Positions 9,658 through 19,525 are shown, counted from the stretch's first letter. The stretch is DNA of 64,000 bases from Dehalococcoidia bacterium (GCA_965226875.1 OZ245439.1:711081-775080), one strand, 5' to 3'. Numbers and translations: made by a program. The notes: a model not told the origin generated them from the sequence alone.

Positions 9658-10767
9658 ACTCTGGTTCGACGCCGCCCGGTTCACCTACAACCGCACCATC
9701 GAACTCCTCAACTCGGACGGAGCCCCAAAAGCCTCCTGGCTCGGGGTCAAGAAGGACATCCTATCCAGTCTCCCCGAATGGACCAAGCCCGCTCCCTATG
9801 AGGTGAAGAGCAACGCCGTCCGAGAGGCCTGCCTGGCGGTCAGCGCGGTCAAGAAATTCAACCGGGAACTTGCCGCCGACCAAGGCAAGGGCATCAGAAA
9901 AGAGCAGACCTATGCGAGAGCACGTTTCCGCTCCCGGAAGAATCCCAGCCAGACCATTTTCATCCACGCATCCGCCCTCAGCCACCGGGGCGTCTATCAC
10001 ACCCTCCTGGGACCACTGAAAAAGAGGGAACCAATACCCCACGCCCACGGGGACGCCAAGCTGACACTGAGGCACCACCAGTACCACCTCAGCGTCCCCT
10101 TCAAAAGAATGGGACCCCACCTGGGTGAGAGCAATCTGCAGCCGAAGGCACCAGACCAAGTCAAAGTGGTTGCCCTCGACCCGGGAGTGAGAAACTTCAT
10201 CGCATGGTTCTCCGAAGACGGCTGCGGAAAGCTGGGAGAAAACGATTTCGGACGAATCCAGAGGCTGTGCCAGCACCAGGACAACCTGTTGTCCCGTGCT
10301 ACGCAGGCGCCGTCAGGAAAACGGCGCAACATGCGCAGGGCCGCCGAAAGAATGACCGTCAGGATTCAGAACCTGATAAATGAGCTCCACCACAAGACCG
10401 CCCGGTACCTCGTGGATAACTTCGACGTCATCCTCCTGCCCGCCTTCAAATCATCCGAAGTCGTGATCAGGGGACATCGCAAGATCAGATCAAAGACCGT
10501 CCGCAACCTGCTCAACTACGCCCATCACCGGTTCAGGAACTTCCTCCAGCACAAGGCTGCCGAAAACGGCAGGACCGTGCTGGTGGTCAACGAGGCCTAC
10601 ACCTCGAAGACCGTGAGCTGGACCGGAGAAATAATCCATAACCTGGGCGGACGCAAAACGGTCAGATCCTCCGATGGACAGAGGATGGACCGGGACATCA
10701 ACGGCGCACGGGGGACTTTCCTTCGTGCTTTGGGAGATACCCCCTTCCTGAGACAACACGTCTCTGG
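9329..10767 (+). pseudogene. tnpB: TnpB (IS607 type), C-terminally truncated; ORF reads through into unrelated DNA
   Basis: Same protein as 44885-46354 up to ...FLRQHVSG. The 676-aa ORF 9329-11359 is a read-through artefact running antisense to the MFS gene. Confidence 0.85.
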
Positions 10768-10795
10768 ACGACATTGCCGGGCGGAAACGGGCTCC

Positions 10796-12000
10796 TCAGC
10801 CGGTGTTCACCCGCAACTGCCTGGCAAACACGGCCATAAGCAGCACGCTGCCGGTCGTGAGAGCGAGACACAGGTAGCCGATTCCCTCGTAGCCCACGCT
10901 GGCCAGAAGAGCGCCGGAGAGCCCGGCCCCAAGCACTCCGCCCACGAAGTTGCCGACACCGATAGTGCTGGCTCCCGTAGCCTTGGATTCTCCGGAATAC
11001 TCCGTCGTGGCAGCGACCATCACTGGCGCCAGGACGCTCAACAAGCCCGATCCCGCCGTTGCCAGGGCCACCGCAGGCCAGAGCCCGAAATCGACGGAGA
11101 AGAAGAGGAATACACAGACACCCCCTGCGGCCGTGGTAATGGCCATCAGTGCGACTCGATAACTCCTCGTGGCCACGAATCCGGCGGCGTAGCTCCCTAT
11201 CACCTGGGCTGCCGCAGCAATCAGCAGCGGCAGGGCCACGAATCCCACGCTCAAATCGTAAGCCTGTATCAAATAGGCGGCGAAGAAGCTGATCAGACCC
11301 CAGTAGGCCAGCCGCTGGGTCACAATCACCGTCAGGGCGACCCGAAAAAAACTCATTGAAAGCAGCGACCAATACCTGGCAAAGAATATGAACTGGCGAC
11401 TGCGTTCCCTGCTGTCCCGGGGATACCAGACCACGCTTAAGAGTAACGCCGTTGCCAGCAACAAACTCGCCAGTACAAAAGTGAACCGCCAGCCCCACAA
11501 GTCCGCGAACAGGGCCACCAGCGGGACGGTGATGGCCGAGGGGTCAACACGACTGTTCCCATAATGCCGCCGACGGCCTGGGCCCTCCTGGCGGGGGAAA
11601 TGATGTCGGACACCACCCCCACCGATGTGGGCGGTATGGTTCCTCCTCCCAATCCGCCCAGCACTCTGAGCGCGAGGAACACCTCGATGTTGGGCGCGAA
11701 GGCCGACCCTAGCACTGAGACCAGGACCATCAGCACCCCTGCGAGAGTCACCGGGCGGCGGCCGAAGGAATCGGCCAGCGGCCCCACGGCGACTATGGAA
11801 ACCGCCAATGCCGCGAAGGACGCCGTATTCAATTGCCCTGAGACTGCCACTGAAACGTCAAGGTCGGTTGCAATCTCAACCAGGAGCGCCGGAACCATCA
11901 CAATCGCGGTTTGGGTGCTTAGAATGGTGAGGGAGAGTACGAAGTAGAACCAGGCCTTGTTTACCTCTTTGCCCTCTGTCTGCGCCGCTTGGGTGGTCAT
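10796..12000 (-). pseudogene. MFS transporter, frameshifted (paralog 1)
   Basis: ORFs 11437-12000 and 10796-11518 together align along the whole length of the intact paralog 12057-13259. The frame breaks near 11540. Confidence 0.8.
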
Positions 12001-12056
12001 TTGATCAATACCTGTTCCGGCAAGGTCCTATCAGTCAATTTGCAGCCCCGAGGGTC

Positions 12057-13259
12057 TCAGCCAGTGCCGACGCGCAGCAGTCGGGCGAACACGGTCGCCA
12101 CCAACGCACTGGCGACGGTGAACGCGAGACAAAGGTAACCAATCCCGTCGTAGCCTATGGTTGCCAGCAACACGCCGGAGAGGCCGGCCCCGAACACTCC
12201 GCCGGTCTGGTTGCTGAAACCTATCAGGCTGGCGCCGGTGGCCTTTGATTCTCCCGAGTACTCCGTGCTGCCTGCCAACAGCACAGGGGTCGTAATACTC
12301 AACAGGCCCGACCCTGCCGTAGCCACCGCGACCGATGGCCAAAGTCCGAAATCGACTACGAAAAACAGGAACCCGCAAACACCCCCTGCCGCTGAGGTCA
12401 CGGCCACCAACGCGACCCGGTAGCTCTTCGACGCCACGAGCCCCGCGGTGTAGCTTCCCACCACTTGGCCCAATGCGGAAATCACCAGCGGCAGGGCAAC
12501 GAACCCCAGGCTGATGTCGTAGGCCTGTATTAAATATGCGGCGAAATACCCGAGCAAACTCCAGTAGGCCATACGCTGAGTGCCGTTCACCGTAACAGCC
12601 ACACGGAAATAATTCATGGAAAGCAGGGACCAATACCTGGCAAAGAACACAAAGCCGCGAAGGCTTTCCCTGCTGTCCCGGGGATACCAGACCCAGTTCA
12701 AAAGCCACGCCGCCGCCAGGAACAATCCGGCCAGGACAAAGCTGGAACGCCAGCCCTGCCAGTCCGCGTACAAGGCAATCAGCGGAATGCTGATGGCCGA
12801 GGTCAACACGATGGTGCTGGCAATGCCGCCGATGGCCTGGGCCCGTTTGGCCTGGGAGATGACGTCGGAAATCACTCCGATCGATGTGGGCGCAATTGCA
12901 CCCCCTCCCAGGCCGGCCAGCACGCGAAGCGCCATCAGTACCTCGATATTGGGCGCAAATGCAGACGCAAGAAGGGAGACCACCACCAGGAACACACCGG
13001 CAAGAGCCAGTGGCCGGCGCCCGACGGAGTCGGCCAGCGGTCCCACGGCGACAATGGAGACCGCCCAGGCCGCGAAGGTTGCCGTGGTCAACTGCCCTGC
13101 CACCGCCACCGAGACATCGAGGTCCCTTCCGATCTCCACAAGGAGCGCCGGGACCATCATCACCCCGGTCATGGTGGCAAAAACGGCGAGACAGAGCGCG
13201 AAGTAGAACAACGCCTTGTTCACCTCTTTGCCCTTTGTTTGTGCCGTTTGCGTGGTCAT
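12057..13259 (-). CDS. MFS transporter (paralog 2)
   Basis: Start taken at MTTQTAQTKGKEV (13259) by comparison with paralog 1. About 12 hydrophobic segments; GPLADSVGRRP motif. Confidence 0.8.
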   Translation of the reverse strand: MTTQTAQTKGKEVNKALFYFALCLAVFATMTGVMMVPALLVEIGRDLDVSVAVAGQLTTATFAAWAVSIVAVGPLADSVGRRPLALAGVFLVVVSLLASAFAPNIEVLMALRVLAGLGGGAIAPTSIGVISDVISQAKRAQAIGGIASTIVLTSAISIPLIALYADWQGWRSSFVLAGLFLAAAWLLNWVWYPRDSRESLRGFVFFARYWSLLSMNYFRVAVTVNGTQRMAYWSLLGYFAAYLIQAYDISLGFVALPLVISALGQVVGSYTAGLVASKSYRVALVAVTSAAGGVCGFLFFVVDFGLWPSVAVATAGSGLLSITTPVLLAGSTEYSGESKATGASLIGFSNQTGGVFGAGLSGVLLATIGYDGIGYLCLAFTVASALVATVFARLLRVGTG

Positions 13260-13914
13260 GAAGTCGCTTATTCCTGTTCCAGCTAGTGATCCGGCAAAAT
13301 TGGACCGACTTGTAGGTGCAGACAGCCTGATGGCGGAAGAGTGCTTCAATGAAGCTCCGGAAACCAGTTATATTCTCGTCGAACTCTTGAGCTGCTCTGC
13401 GGATTGGGAGGTCAGAGTGCTCAATACCTTTACCGTCGAGAGGGCTGGCCGCTTTCCGGGAGATGATTTTTTCTCCGCATTGGCTGGGGAGAGATGTGAC
13501 CGCCGATCGAGCTCTCAATTCTTACCAACCGACGATACTTGGCTTTTGGGGGACAGGACTATCATCTGTCTTCAGGGCGGTTTTGGACTGTCCGCAACTG
13601 ATCCGGCGAAATTGGACCGACTTGTAAGTATAGACAGCCTGATGGCGGGAGAGTGCTTCAATCCGGCTCCCGAACCCGCCAACTCGCTGGTCGAAATATT
13701 AAGCTGCTCCAGCGAATGGGAATGGCAGGTCGTAGGCATATTTTCTGTTCCATTGGACGGGGCTTTTCCAGCCGACAGCTACTTCGGCGACCAGGCAGCC
13801 CAAAACTGCGAACTCGGTTGGGAGTATTATTTCGCTCCCACCGCCGAGACTTGGAGTTTCGGGGATCGCTCGGTAATTTGCGCCCGAACAAACGAGTCCA
13901 TAGTGAACCCGTAA
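13258..13914 (+). CDS. Hypothetical protein built from two ~100-aa Cys-containing repeats (septum-formation-domain-like)
   Basis: Internal duplication: DPAKLDRLVGADSLMAEECFNEAPE...LSCSADWE...GDRTIIC versus DPAKLDRLVSIDSLMAGECFNPAPE...LSCSSEWE...GDRSVIC. Start uncertain; it overlaps the divergent MFS start. Confidence 0.5.
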   Translation: MKSLIPVPASDPAKLDRLVGADSLMAEECFNEAPETSYILVELLSCSADWEVRVLNTFTVERAGRFPGDDFFSALAGERCDRRSSSQFLPTDDTWLLGDRTIICLQGGFGLSATDPAKLDRLVSIDSLMAGECFNPAPEPANSLVEILSCSSEWEWQVVGIFSVPLDGAFPADSYFGDQAAQNCELGWEYYFAPTAETWSFGDRSVICARTNESIVNP

Positions 13915-14023
13915 TGGGGAACCCATGCCCGGCTGTATGTAAACGAGGCAGAGGTAAAGTGCGCCGTGCGGGCGGAAGATTGCTGACTATCGGCTGTCGA
14001 AGTTCAGCAGAAATGTCCTTTGC

Positions 14024-14347
14024 TTAGTCTGCGATGGTATCAGATGCTGGTGCCGGAGGAGTTGGTGGGGTTCGCCGCGTCGGCGGACTCTCGGCGTCGA
14101 TGTATCTCCTTACCGTGTCTCTGTGGATTCCCAACTCCCGCGCCATCCGTCGAATGGACATCCCCTTAAGTTTGGCCTGCTGCACCGCCTTCCATCTCTC
14201 CTGCTGCAGGAACGTCGGCCTCCGCGGCGATGCGACGACCCGCAACCCGGCTACGTCCGGATCGTCAATTGCCGCAGCGTGAGCATCTTCTTCTTGATCT
14301 GGCTTTGCGCCCGGCAGATCGAGAGCTTCAACCGAAGGTTTTGACAC
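14024..14347 (-). pseudogene. Remnant of an IS21-family IstA N-terminal HTH region
   Basis: ...KLKGMSIRRMARELGIHRDTVRRYIDAE... is the IstA HTH motif. No catalytic domain follows. Confidence 0.55.
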
Positions 14348-14676
14348 GAGTTCGGGATCGAGGGTTGGGATGGTTGCGGCTGCGGAGAGATGCCGGACTG
14401 GGCAGCAGTTGCAGGGTGTGCCTGTAATACTTCACGGTGTTGTCCCGCGCCACTCTCATGCGGTGCTTGAAACACAGGATATGCTCGCCGTTTACACCCA
14501 TCCCGCCTGTTACGCTGTTGACCGCGCCGGATGCCTCTTGTAGGCTTGTTGACCGCGTCGGCCCGTCAATTGGTGAAGCTCTGACGACTCAGGGACGGGT
14601 GCCCCGGATCCTCTGTAGCCCGGAGGAGTTGCCCACCGGATCCTTGGACAGCCTCTCTCGACCCGATACTTTTTCG

Positions 14677-16323
14677 CTAACCGACGTTAACAACGCCGGT
14701 TGCGATGCACGCTGATTGCATCAGCGAGGGGGTATCTCCCAAAGCCCGCAGGAATATCCCACGGGCACCGTTGATGTCGCGTTCGACGCGGAAGCCGTCT
14801 GAGCTCTGGATCCAGCGTTGGCCTCCGAGCTTGGCGATTATCTCCCCGTTCCAGCTGCAGGTTTTGCTGGTATATGCTTCGTTGACCAGCAGCACCTGTT
14901 TGCCCGTCTCCCCGGCCTTCCACAGTAGGAACTGCTGGAATCGGTAGTGGGCGAAGGTCATCATGGAGCGTACGCTCTTGCTGCGGATCTTTCTCTTCCC
15001 CCGTTGCACCATGTCGCTGGTTTCGAATGTTGGCAGGAGGATGAGGTCGAAGTTGTCGACCAGGAAGCGTGCGGCCTGGTGGTGAAGCTCGTTGATGAGG
15101 TTCGTTATGCGAACTCTCATGCGGTCCGCGGCCTTCCGCAGGTTGCGCTTTCGGCGGGCTCCGGCCTTGGCCGTCCTGCTGATGAGCTGGTCTAGGTGGT
15201 GGCACAGGCGTTGGATTCTTCCGAAGTCGTGCTTGCCGATCTGGCCGGCGTCGGTTTCCGAAAACCAGGTGAGGAAGGTGCGTATGCCGGGGTCGAGTGC
15301 GACGACGCGTGCTTGGGTCTCGCTTTTGCGCCGTTCCGCCTTGAAGGTTACCGCTAGGTGGTACTGGCCGTTGTGCAGGGTCAGCCGGCAGTCTTGGTGA
15401 CCGTCGGGCAGTTGCTCGGCCATACGGAGGTTTCCCAGGATGGTGCAATAGGCGCCGCGGTCGGTTGTTGCCCTTCTTGGTATGTAGCATCCCTGCTTGG
15501 GGTGCTTGCGGCTGCGGAAGCCGACCTCGGCGTAGGGTTCACCCAGCCGTTCTCCTTGTGCCTTGGCCTTGGCCAGTTCCCTGTTGGCCTTCTTGCAGCG
15601 GGTGACCGCTCGGCAGGCGTCGCGCACTGCGATGCTCTTGACCTGGTAGGGGGCTGCCCTCAGCCTTTCCGGCGCGGAGTGGATGATCGTCGTTTTGATG
15701 CTCTTCCAGTTGGCGACGGTGCCGGGTTTACGGAGGTGGGCGACGGTTTCGTTGTAGCACCACCGTGCGGCGTCAAACCAGAGTTTCAGTACCGGTTTCT
15801 GGATCGCTGTGGGATAGAGTCGTATCCTTCTCGATTTGGTTTCGGTAACGGCGGAGTCCGTGGAGCCGGCAACTGAAGGTATGGAGGATGGCGAGAATAT
15901 CCTCGGTGAGTTCCTGCTGGGGGCTGTGATCCGTGTTGTCCAGAACCAGGATCTCGCCGCCGTTCTGCTCGGCCATCCACTGGATGAGTTCAAAGCCGAA
16001 CCTGGCGAGGCGGTCTCTGTGGGCAACCACAATCTGGAGCTTATCTCCGCGATGGAGTCGTTCCAGTAGGGAGACAAGTCCCTTCCTTTGGAAGTTGAGC
16101 CCGCCTCCGACGTCGGTGACGATATTTGCGTCAGGGAACCGTTCCTGCATGAACTGGACCTGTCTTTGCAGGTCGTCTTTTTGCTGGTGGGAGCTGACGC
16201 GGCAGTAGCAGACTGTTTCTGCTTCCTGGTTGTTTTCCTGGTTGCCTTGGAGATAGGAGTCGACGTCATAGAGGCGCTGTCCGGCGGCGTTTCGGTAGTG
16301 GGGGATTTTGCCCTTGTTGGCAT
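14677..16323 (-). CDS. tnpB: TnpB (IS607 type B); true start unresolved
   Basis: RIRLYPTAIQKPVLKLWFDAARWCYN..., VALDPGIRTF, LILLPTFETSDMV, VNEAYTSKTCSWNG...ERDINGARGIF. The ORF is open for about 180 codons upstream of the conserved N-terminus, across tnpA. Confidence 0.8.
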   Translation of the reverse strand: MPTRAKSPTTETPPDSASMTSTPISKATRKTTRKQKQSATAASAPTSKKTTCKDRSSSCRNGSLTQISSPTSEAGSTSKGRDLSPYWNDSIAEISSRLWLPTETASPGSALNSSSGWPSRTAARSWFWTTRITAPSRNSPRIFSPSSIPSVAGSTDSAVTETKSRRIRLYPTAIQKPVLKLWFDAARWCYNETVAHLRKPGTVANWKSIKTTIIHSAPERLRAAPYQVKSIAVRDACRAVTRCKKANRELAKAKAQGERLGEPYAEVGFRSRKHPKQGCYIPRRATTDRGAYCTILGNLRMAEQLPDGHQDCRLTLHNGQYHLAVTFKAERRKSETQARVVALDPGIRTFLTWFSETDAGQIGKHDFGRIQRLCHHLDQLISRTAKAGARRKRNLRKAADRMRVRITNLINELHHQAARFLVDNFDLILLPTFETSDMVQRGKRKIRSKSVRSMMTFAHYRFQQFLLWKAGETGKQVLLVNEAYTSKTCSWNGEIIAKLGGQRWIQSSDGFRVERDINGARGIFLRALGDTPSLMQSACIATGVVNVG

Positions 16324-16390
16324 AGGACCTCAGGGTATTGGGGTGCAGCCCGAGGATTGCGGCTGCCTTCCGGCTTGGGAGGTGGGCCAT
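15773..16390 (-). CDS. tnpA: IS607-type serine recombinase TnpA (type B)
   Basis: 205 aa: LPSRKAAAILGLHPNTLRSYANKGKIP, VCYCRVSSHQQ, VVAHRDRLARFG. Confidence 0.9.
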   Translation of the reverse strand: MAHLPSRKAAAILGLHPNTLRSYANKGKIPHYRNAAGQRLYDVDSYLQGNQENNQEAETVCYCRVSSHQQKDDLQRQVQFMQERFPDANIVTDVGGGLNFQRKGLVSLLERLHRGDKLQIVVAHRDRLARFGFELIQWMAEQNGGEILVLDNTDHSPQQELTEDILAILHTFSCRLHGLRRYRNQIEKDTTLSHSDPETGTETLV

Positions 16391-16606
16391 GGCGGTGTAC
16401 GTTACCTTTCCTGATTGTTAGTGAATGGTAACATATCTGCGTCTGGAGATTAGCCCCTGCTGACTCACCCGACACCACTCGCCGCAGCTCGTGTACCGCC
16501 ACCATGTTCCACTTGAGCGACTAAGCTGAGAATTTACTATAAGTACTTGATGAGTTTTAGGGAATAATGTAAAATACTAGTAACATGAAGGATTAAGTAT
16601 TCCATT

Positions 16607-16900
16607 GTGCGGGTCATATCCAAGAGAACACTACGGCTATTTTGGCAGCGTCGTCCTGAAACCGAGGCATCGCTGCAAGCGTGGTTTCGGGAAGTTGAGA
16701 AAGAGGACTGGAGCACGCCGGCTCAGGTCATTGCGCGCTATCCCAATGCAAGCATAGTGGGGGCGGACCGGGTGGTATTCCGAGTCCGGCATAAGGACAT
16801 TCGAATCGTTGTCAGGGTGTTCTACCCGGGGCGACAGGTTTACATCCGCTTCGTTGGCACCCACACCGAGTATGACCGCATCAATGCAGGGGAGGTATAA
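16607..16900 (+). CDS. higB: HigB-family type II toxin (RelE superfamily)
   Basis: 97 aa, GTG start: RVISKRTLRLFWQRRPETEASLQAWFREVEKEDWSTPAQV...VYIRFVGTHTEYDRI matches the HigB_toxin family closely. Confidence 0.85.
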   Translation: MRVISKRTLRLFWQRRPETEASLQAWFREVEKEDWSTPAQVIARYPNASIVGADRVVFRVRHKDIRIVVRVFYPGRQVYIRFVGTHTEYDRINAGEV

Positions 16901-16902
16901 CT

Positions 16903-18147
16903 ATGGTACAAGTCCGGGCGATTCGCTCAGAAGATGACTACGCCGCTGCGCTGGCCCGGATCAACGAACTCATGGACGCACTGTCCGGTCCAGATGGCCA
17001 GATTGAGGACGCGGACAACCCGCACCGGGTAGATCTGGATGCTCTGACCGACCTCGTCGAATTCTATGAGGAGCGGAACCATCCCATCGGCTACCCCGAC
17101 CCGGTTTCCGCCATCAGGTTCCGGATGGACCAGGCCAACCTGACCCACCGCGACCTGGTGCCCTTCATTGGTAGCCGGGCCAAGGTCTCCGAGGTTCTCT
17201 CAGGGAAACGGGCCATTACCATGTCCATGGCCAGGGCACTTCACCAGCACCTGGGAATACCCGCCGAAGTGCTGCTGAGGGAACCAGGAGGCAGTTTGCC
17301 TGAGGATCTACCGAGCATTGACTACTCCAGGTTTCCTCTGAACGACATGGCCAAGGCTGGCTGGATTCCCAGGGTGCGAAACCTGAGAGAGCAAGCCGAG
17401 GAATTGGTAACTGGCCTGATGGAACAGGCTGGAGGGCGGCGGTTTGCTGCCGCTCCCCTATACCGGAAGAACGACAGCCGCAGAATCAACGCCAAGACTG
17501 ACGACTACGCCCTCCGGGCGTGGTGCTGGCGAGTACTGGCACAGGCCAGGGACGATGAGCCTACCGTGGAGTACAACGCCGACGCCGTCACCCCCCAGTT
17601 CATGCGACAGCTGGCGCGTATGAGCGCTCTGGGGAACGGCCCTATACAGGCCAGAGATCTCCTTGGTCAGCACGGGGTGTCCCTGGAGTACGTGCCCCAC
17701 CTACCGAGGACGCACCTGGACGGCGCGGCCCTGCCTTTGCCGGACGGTAGGCCGGTGGTAGGGGTCACTCTGCGGTATGACCGGATAGACAACTTCTGGT
17801 TCACCCTGCTGCACGAGCTTGGCCACGTTGGCTCTCATATGGGCCACTGTGGCGAGGATGCGGGTTTTGTCGACGACCACAGTCTTCGGAGGGTCCAACC
17901 TGAAGGGGCAGACACCTTGGAACAGGAGGCGGACCAGTTGGCCCAGGATGCCCTGATACCCCCCGAGGTATGGGACGACGGCGGCATCCTGGAGGATCCC
18001 AGTCCAATGGCGGTCCTGCAAATGGCATGGGAGGCCCAGGTGCACCCGGCGATCATCGCAGGCCGGATTCGGCATGAGCGGAGCAATTACAGGCTCCTCT
18101 CGCAGTTCGTGGGCACCGGTGAGGTGCGGCGGCAGTTTGTCGACTAA
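16903..18147 (+). CDS. HigA-like HTH antitoxin fused to an ImmA/IrrE-type metallopeptidase domain
   Basis: 414 aa. N-terminal ~120 aa are HigA-like (...SEVLSGKRAITMSMARALHQHLGIPAEVLL). The C-terminal domain has the HEXXH motif LLHELGHVGSH. The stop TAA lies inside the adjacent R155 terminus. Confidence 0.75.
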   Translation: MVQVRAIRSEDDYAAALARINELMDALSGPDGQIEDADNPHRVDLDALTDLVEFYEERNHPIGYPDPVSAIRFRMDQANLTHRDLVPFIGSRAKVSEVLSGKRAITMSMARALHQHLGIPAEVLLREPGGSLPEDLPSIDYSRFPLNDMAKAGWIPRVRNLREQAEELVTGLMEQAGGRRFAAAPLYRKNDSRRINAKTDDYALRAWCWRVLAQARDDEPTVEYNADAVTPQFMRQLARMSALGNGPIQARDLLGQHGVSLEYVPHLPRTHLDGAALPLPDGRPVVGVTLRYDRIDNFWFTLLHELGHVGSHMGHCGEDAGFVDDHSLRRVQPEGADTLEQEADQLAQDALIPPEVWDDGGILEDPSPMAVLQMAWEAQVHPAIIAGRIRHERSNYRLLSQFVGTGEVRRQFVD

Positions 18148-18295
18148 ACCAAAGCCAAGGTGGGATGTACATTTAAGTGGCGATGATGATCAGCCGGGTT
18201 TCGCGGGTTAAATCCTCTCATCCGTACCTGGAGAATGACCCGTCCTCGTCGCTTGTCTCCCACCGTCTGCGCATTTCACCTTGGCTTCGGTTTAG
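18144..18295 (+). repeat. R155 element, subtype a
   Basis: CTAAACCAAAGCCAAGGTGGGATGTACATTT...CTGCGCATTTCACCTTGGCTTCGGTTTAG. Identical to 33605-33756 and inverted at 19525-19676. Confidence 0.9.
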
Positions 18296-19525
18296 TAGAC
18301 CACCATCATTGAAACGATGGCTGGTAAAATGTGAGAGGATGGCAGCCAAAGGAAAAATGTTGGGAAGTGGGGGTGGATGTGATGGTGAAGAAATACCGTG
18401 TGGCGCTGGCTGAGGAGGAGCAACAGGAACTGAAGGGGCTGGTGGGCCGGGGGCGGGCGGCAGCTTACCGGCAGACCCACGCCCGCATCCTGCTGCTCTG
18501 CGATGAGAACCAGGCCAACGGGTCCATGAAGGACGAGGAGATAGCCCGGGCCCTCAAGGTGGGAACCGCCACGGTGGAACGGGTGCGCCGCCGCTGTGTG
18601 GAGGAGAGTCTGGAGAGGTCCCTGGGACGCAAGGAGCAGCTTAACCGCCGCCCCAAGAAGCTGGACGGCCATGATGAAGCCCAGTTGATTGCCTTGGCCT
18701 GCTCCCAACCTCCGGAGGGCCGGGCCTCCTGGACGCTGCAACTGCTGGCGGATCGGCTGGTGGAATGCGAGATAGTGGACAGCATCAGCACCGAAACCGT
18801 GCGCCAGACACTGAAAAAAACGAACTCAAGCCTTGGCTGAAAGAGTGCTGGTGCATCCCGCCACAGGGCAACGCCGAGTTCGTCTGCGCCATGGAGGACG
18901 TGCTGGAGGTCTACCACCGTCAATTCGGGGACAACGAGGTGCTGGTGTGCCTGGACGAAACCAGCAAACAGCTGGTGAAGGAGACCCGCCAGCCCCTCCC
19001 GCCGCAGCCCAGGGCTGCCATGGCGTACGATTATGAATACCAGCGCAACGGAGTGAGCAACCGGTTCATGCTATTCGCCCCCTTGGAGGGGTGGCGGCGG
19101 GTGGAGGTCACCGAGCGACGCACCCGGACCGATTGGGCGCGAGTGGTACGGAAACTGGTGGATGAGGACTACCCCGACAAGGAGCGGATAGTGCTGGTGA
19201 TGGACAACTTGAACACCCATCATCCGGCTTCTCTGCACCAGGCTTTTGAGCCGGCCGAAGCGAGGCGTATCGCTGAACGGCTGGAGATTCATTACACGCC
19301 GAAGCACGGGAGTTGGCTCAATATGGCCGAGATCGAACTGGGAGTTCTGGCCCGGCAATGCCTGGACCGCCGGATTCCCGGGCAGGTAGTCCTGGAACAA
19401 GAGACCAAGGCGTGGCAGAACCAACGAAACCGTGACTCAATACGGGTGGACTGGCGCTTCACCACCAAGGACGCCCGCATCAAACTGAGGTCGCTATACC
19501 CATCACTCCAACGATGACAGACTAC
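18295..19525 (+). mobile_element. IS630-family element type A, copy 1 (1231 bp)
   Basis: Ends GTAGACCACCATCATTGAAACGATGG / CCATCACTCCAACGATGACAGACTAC (imperfect IR), flanked by TA (18293-94, 19526-27). Near-identical copies at 22170-23400 and 27680-28910. Confidence 0.9.
18331..19517 (+). CDS. IS630-family transposase, two frames joined by -1 frameshift at A7 (18814-18820)
   Basis: ORF1 ...VRQTLKK ends 18840. ORF2 continues KKNELKPWLKECWCIPP...DNLNTHH...GSWLNMAEIELGVL. The slippery run is conserved in all A and B copies. Confidence 0.85.

Larger units (their letters stand above)
9003..10767 (+). mobile_element. IS607-family element type A, copy 1 (3-prime truncated)
   Basis: Identical to the copy at 44885-46680 from the left end (AACCGTAAAC...) up to ...cacgtctctgg (10767). 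There it diverges, losing the last ~10 tnpB codons and the right end. Confidence 0.85.
14677..16450 (-). mobile_element. IS607-family element type B (boundaries approximate; right end beyond the tnpB stop not resolved)
   Basis: tnpA (15773-16390) and tnpB (14677-16323) are about 60% identical to type A. Subterminal palindrome GTTACC...GGTAAC lies upstream of tnpA. Confidence 0.75.

Noticed and set aside
9329-11359. 676-aa ORF suggesting a giant TnpB fusion protein.
   Set aside because: The intact copy (44885-46354) ends 10 codons after the point where this copy diverges (10767). The remainder is read-through antisense to the MFS gene.
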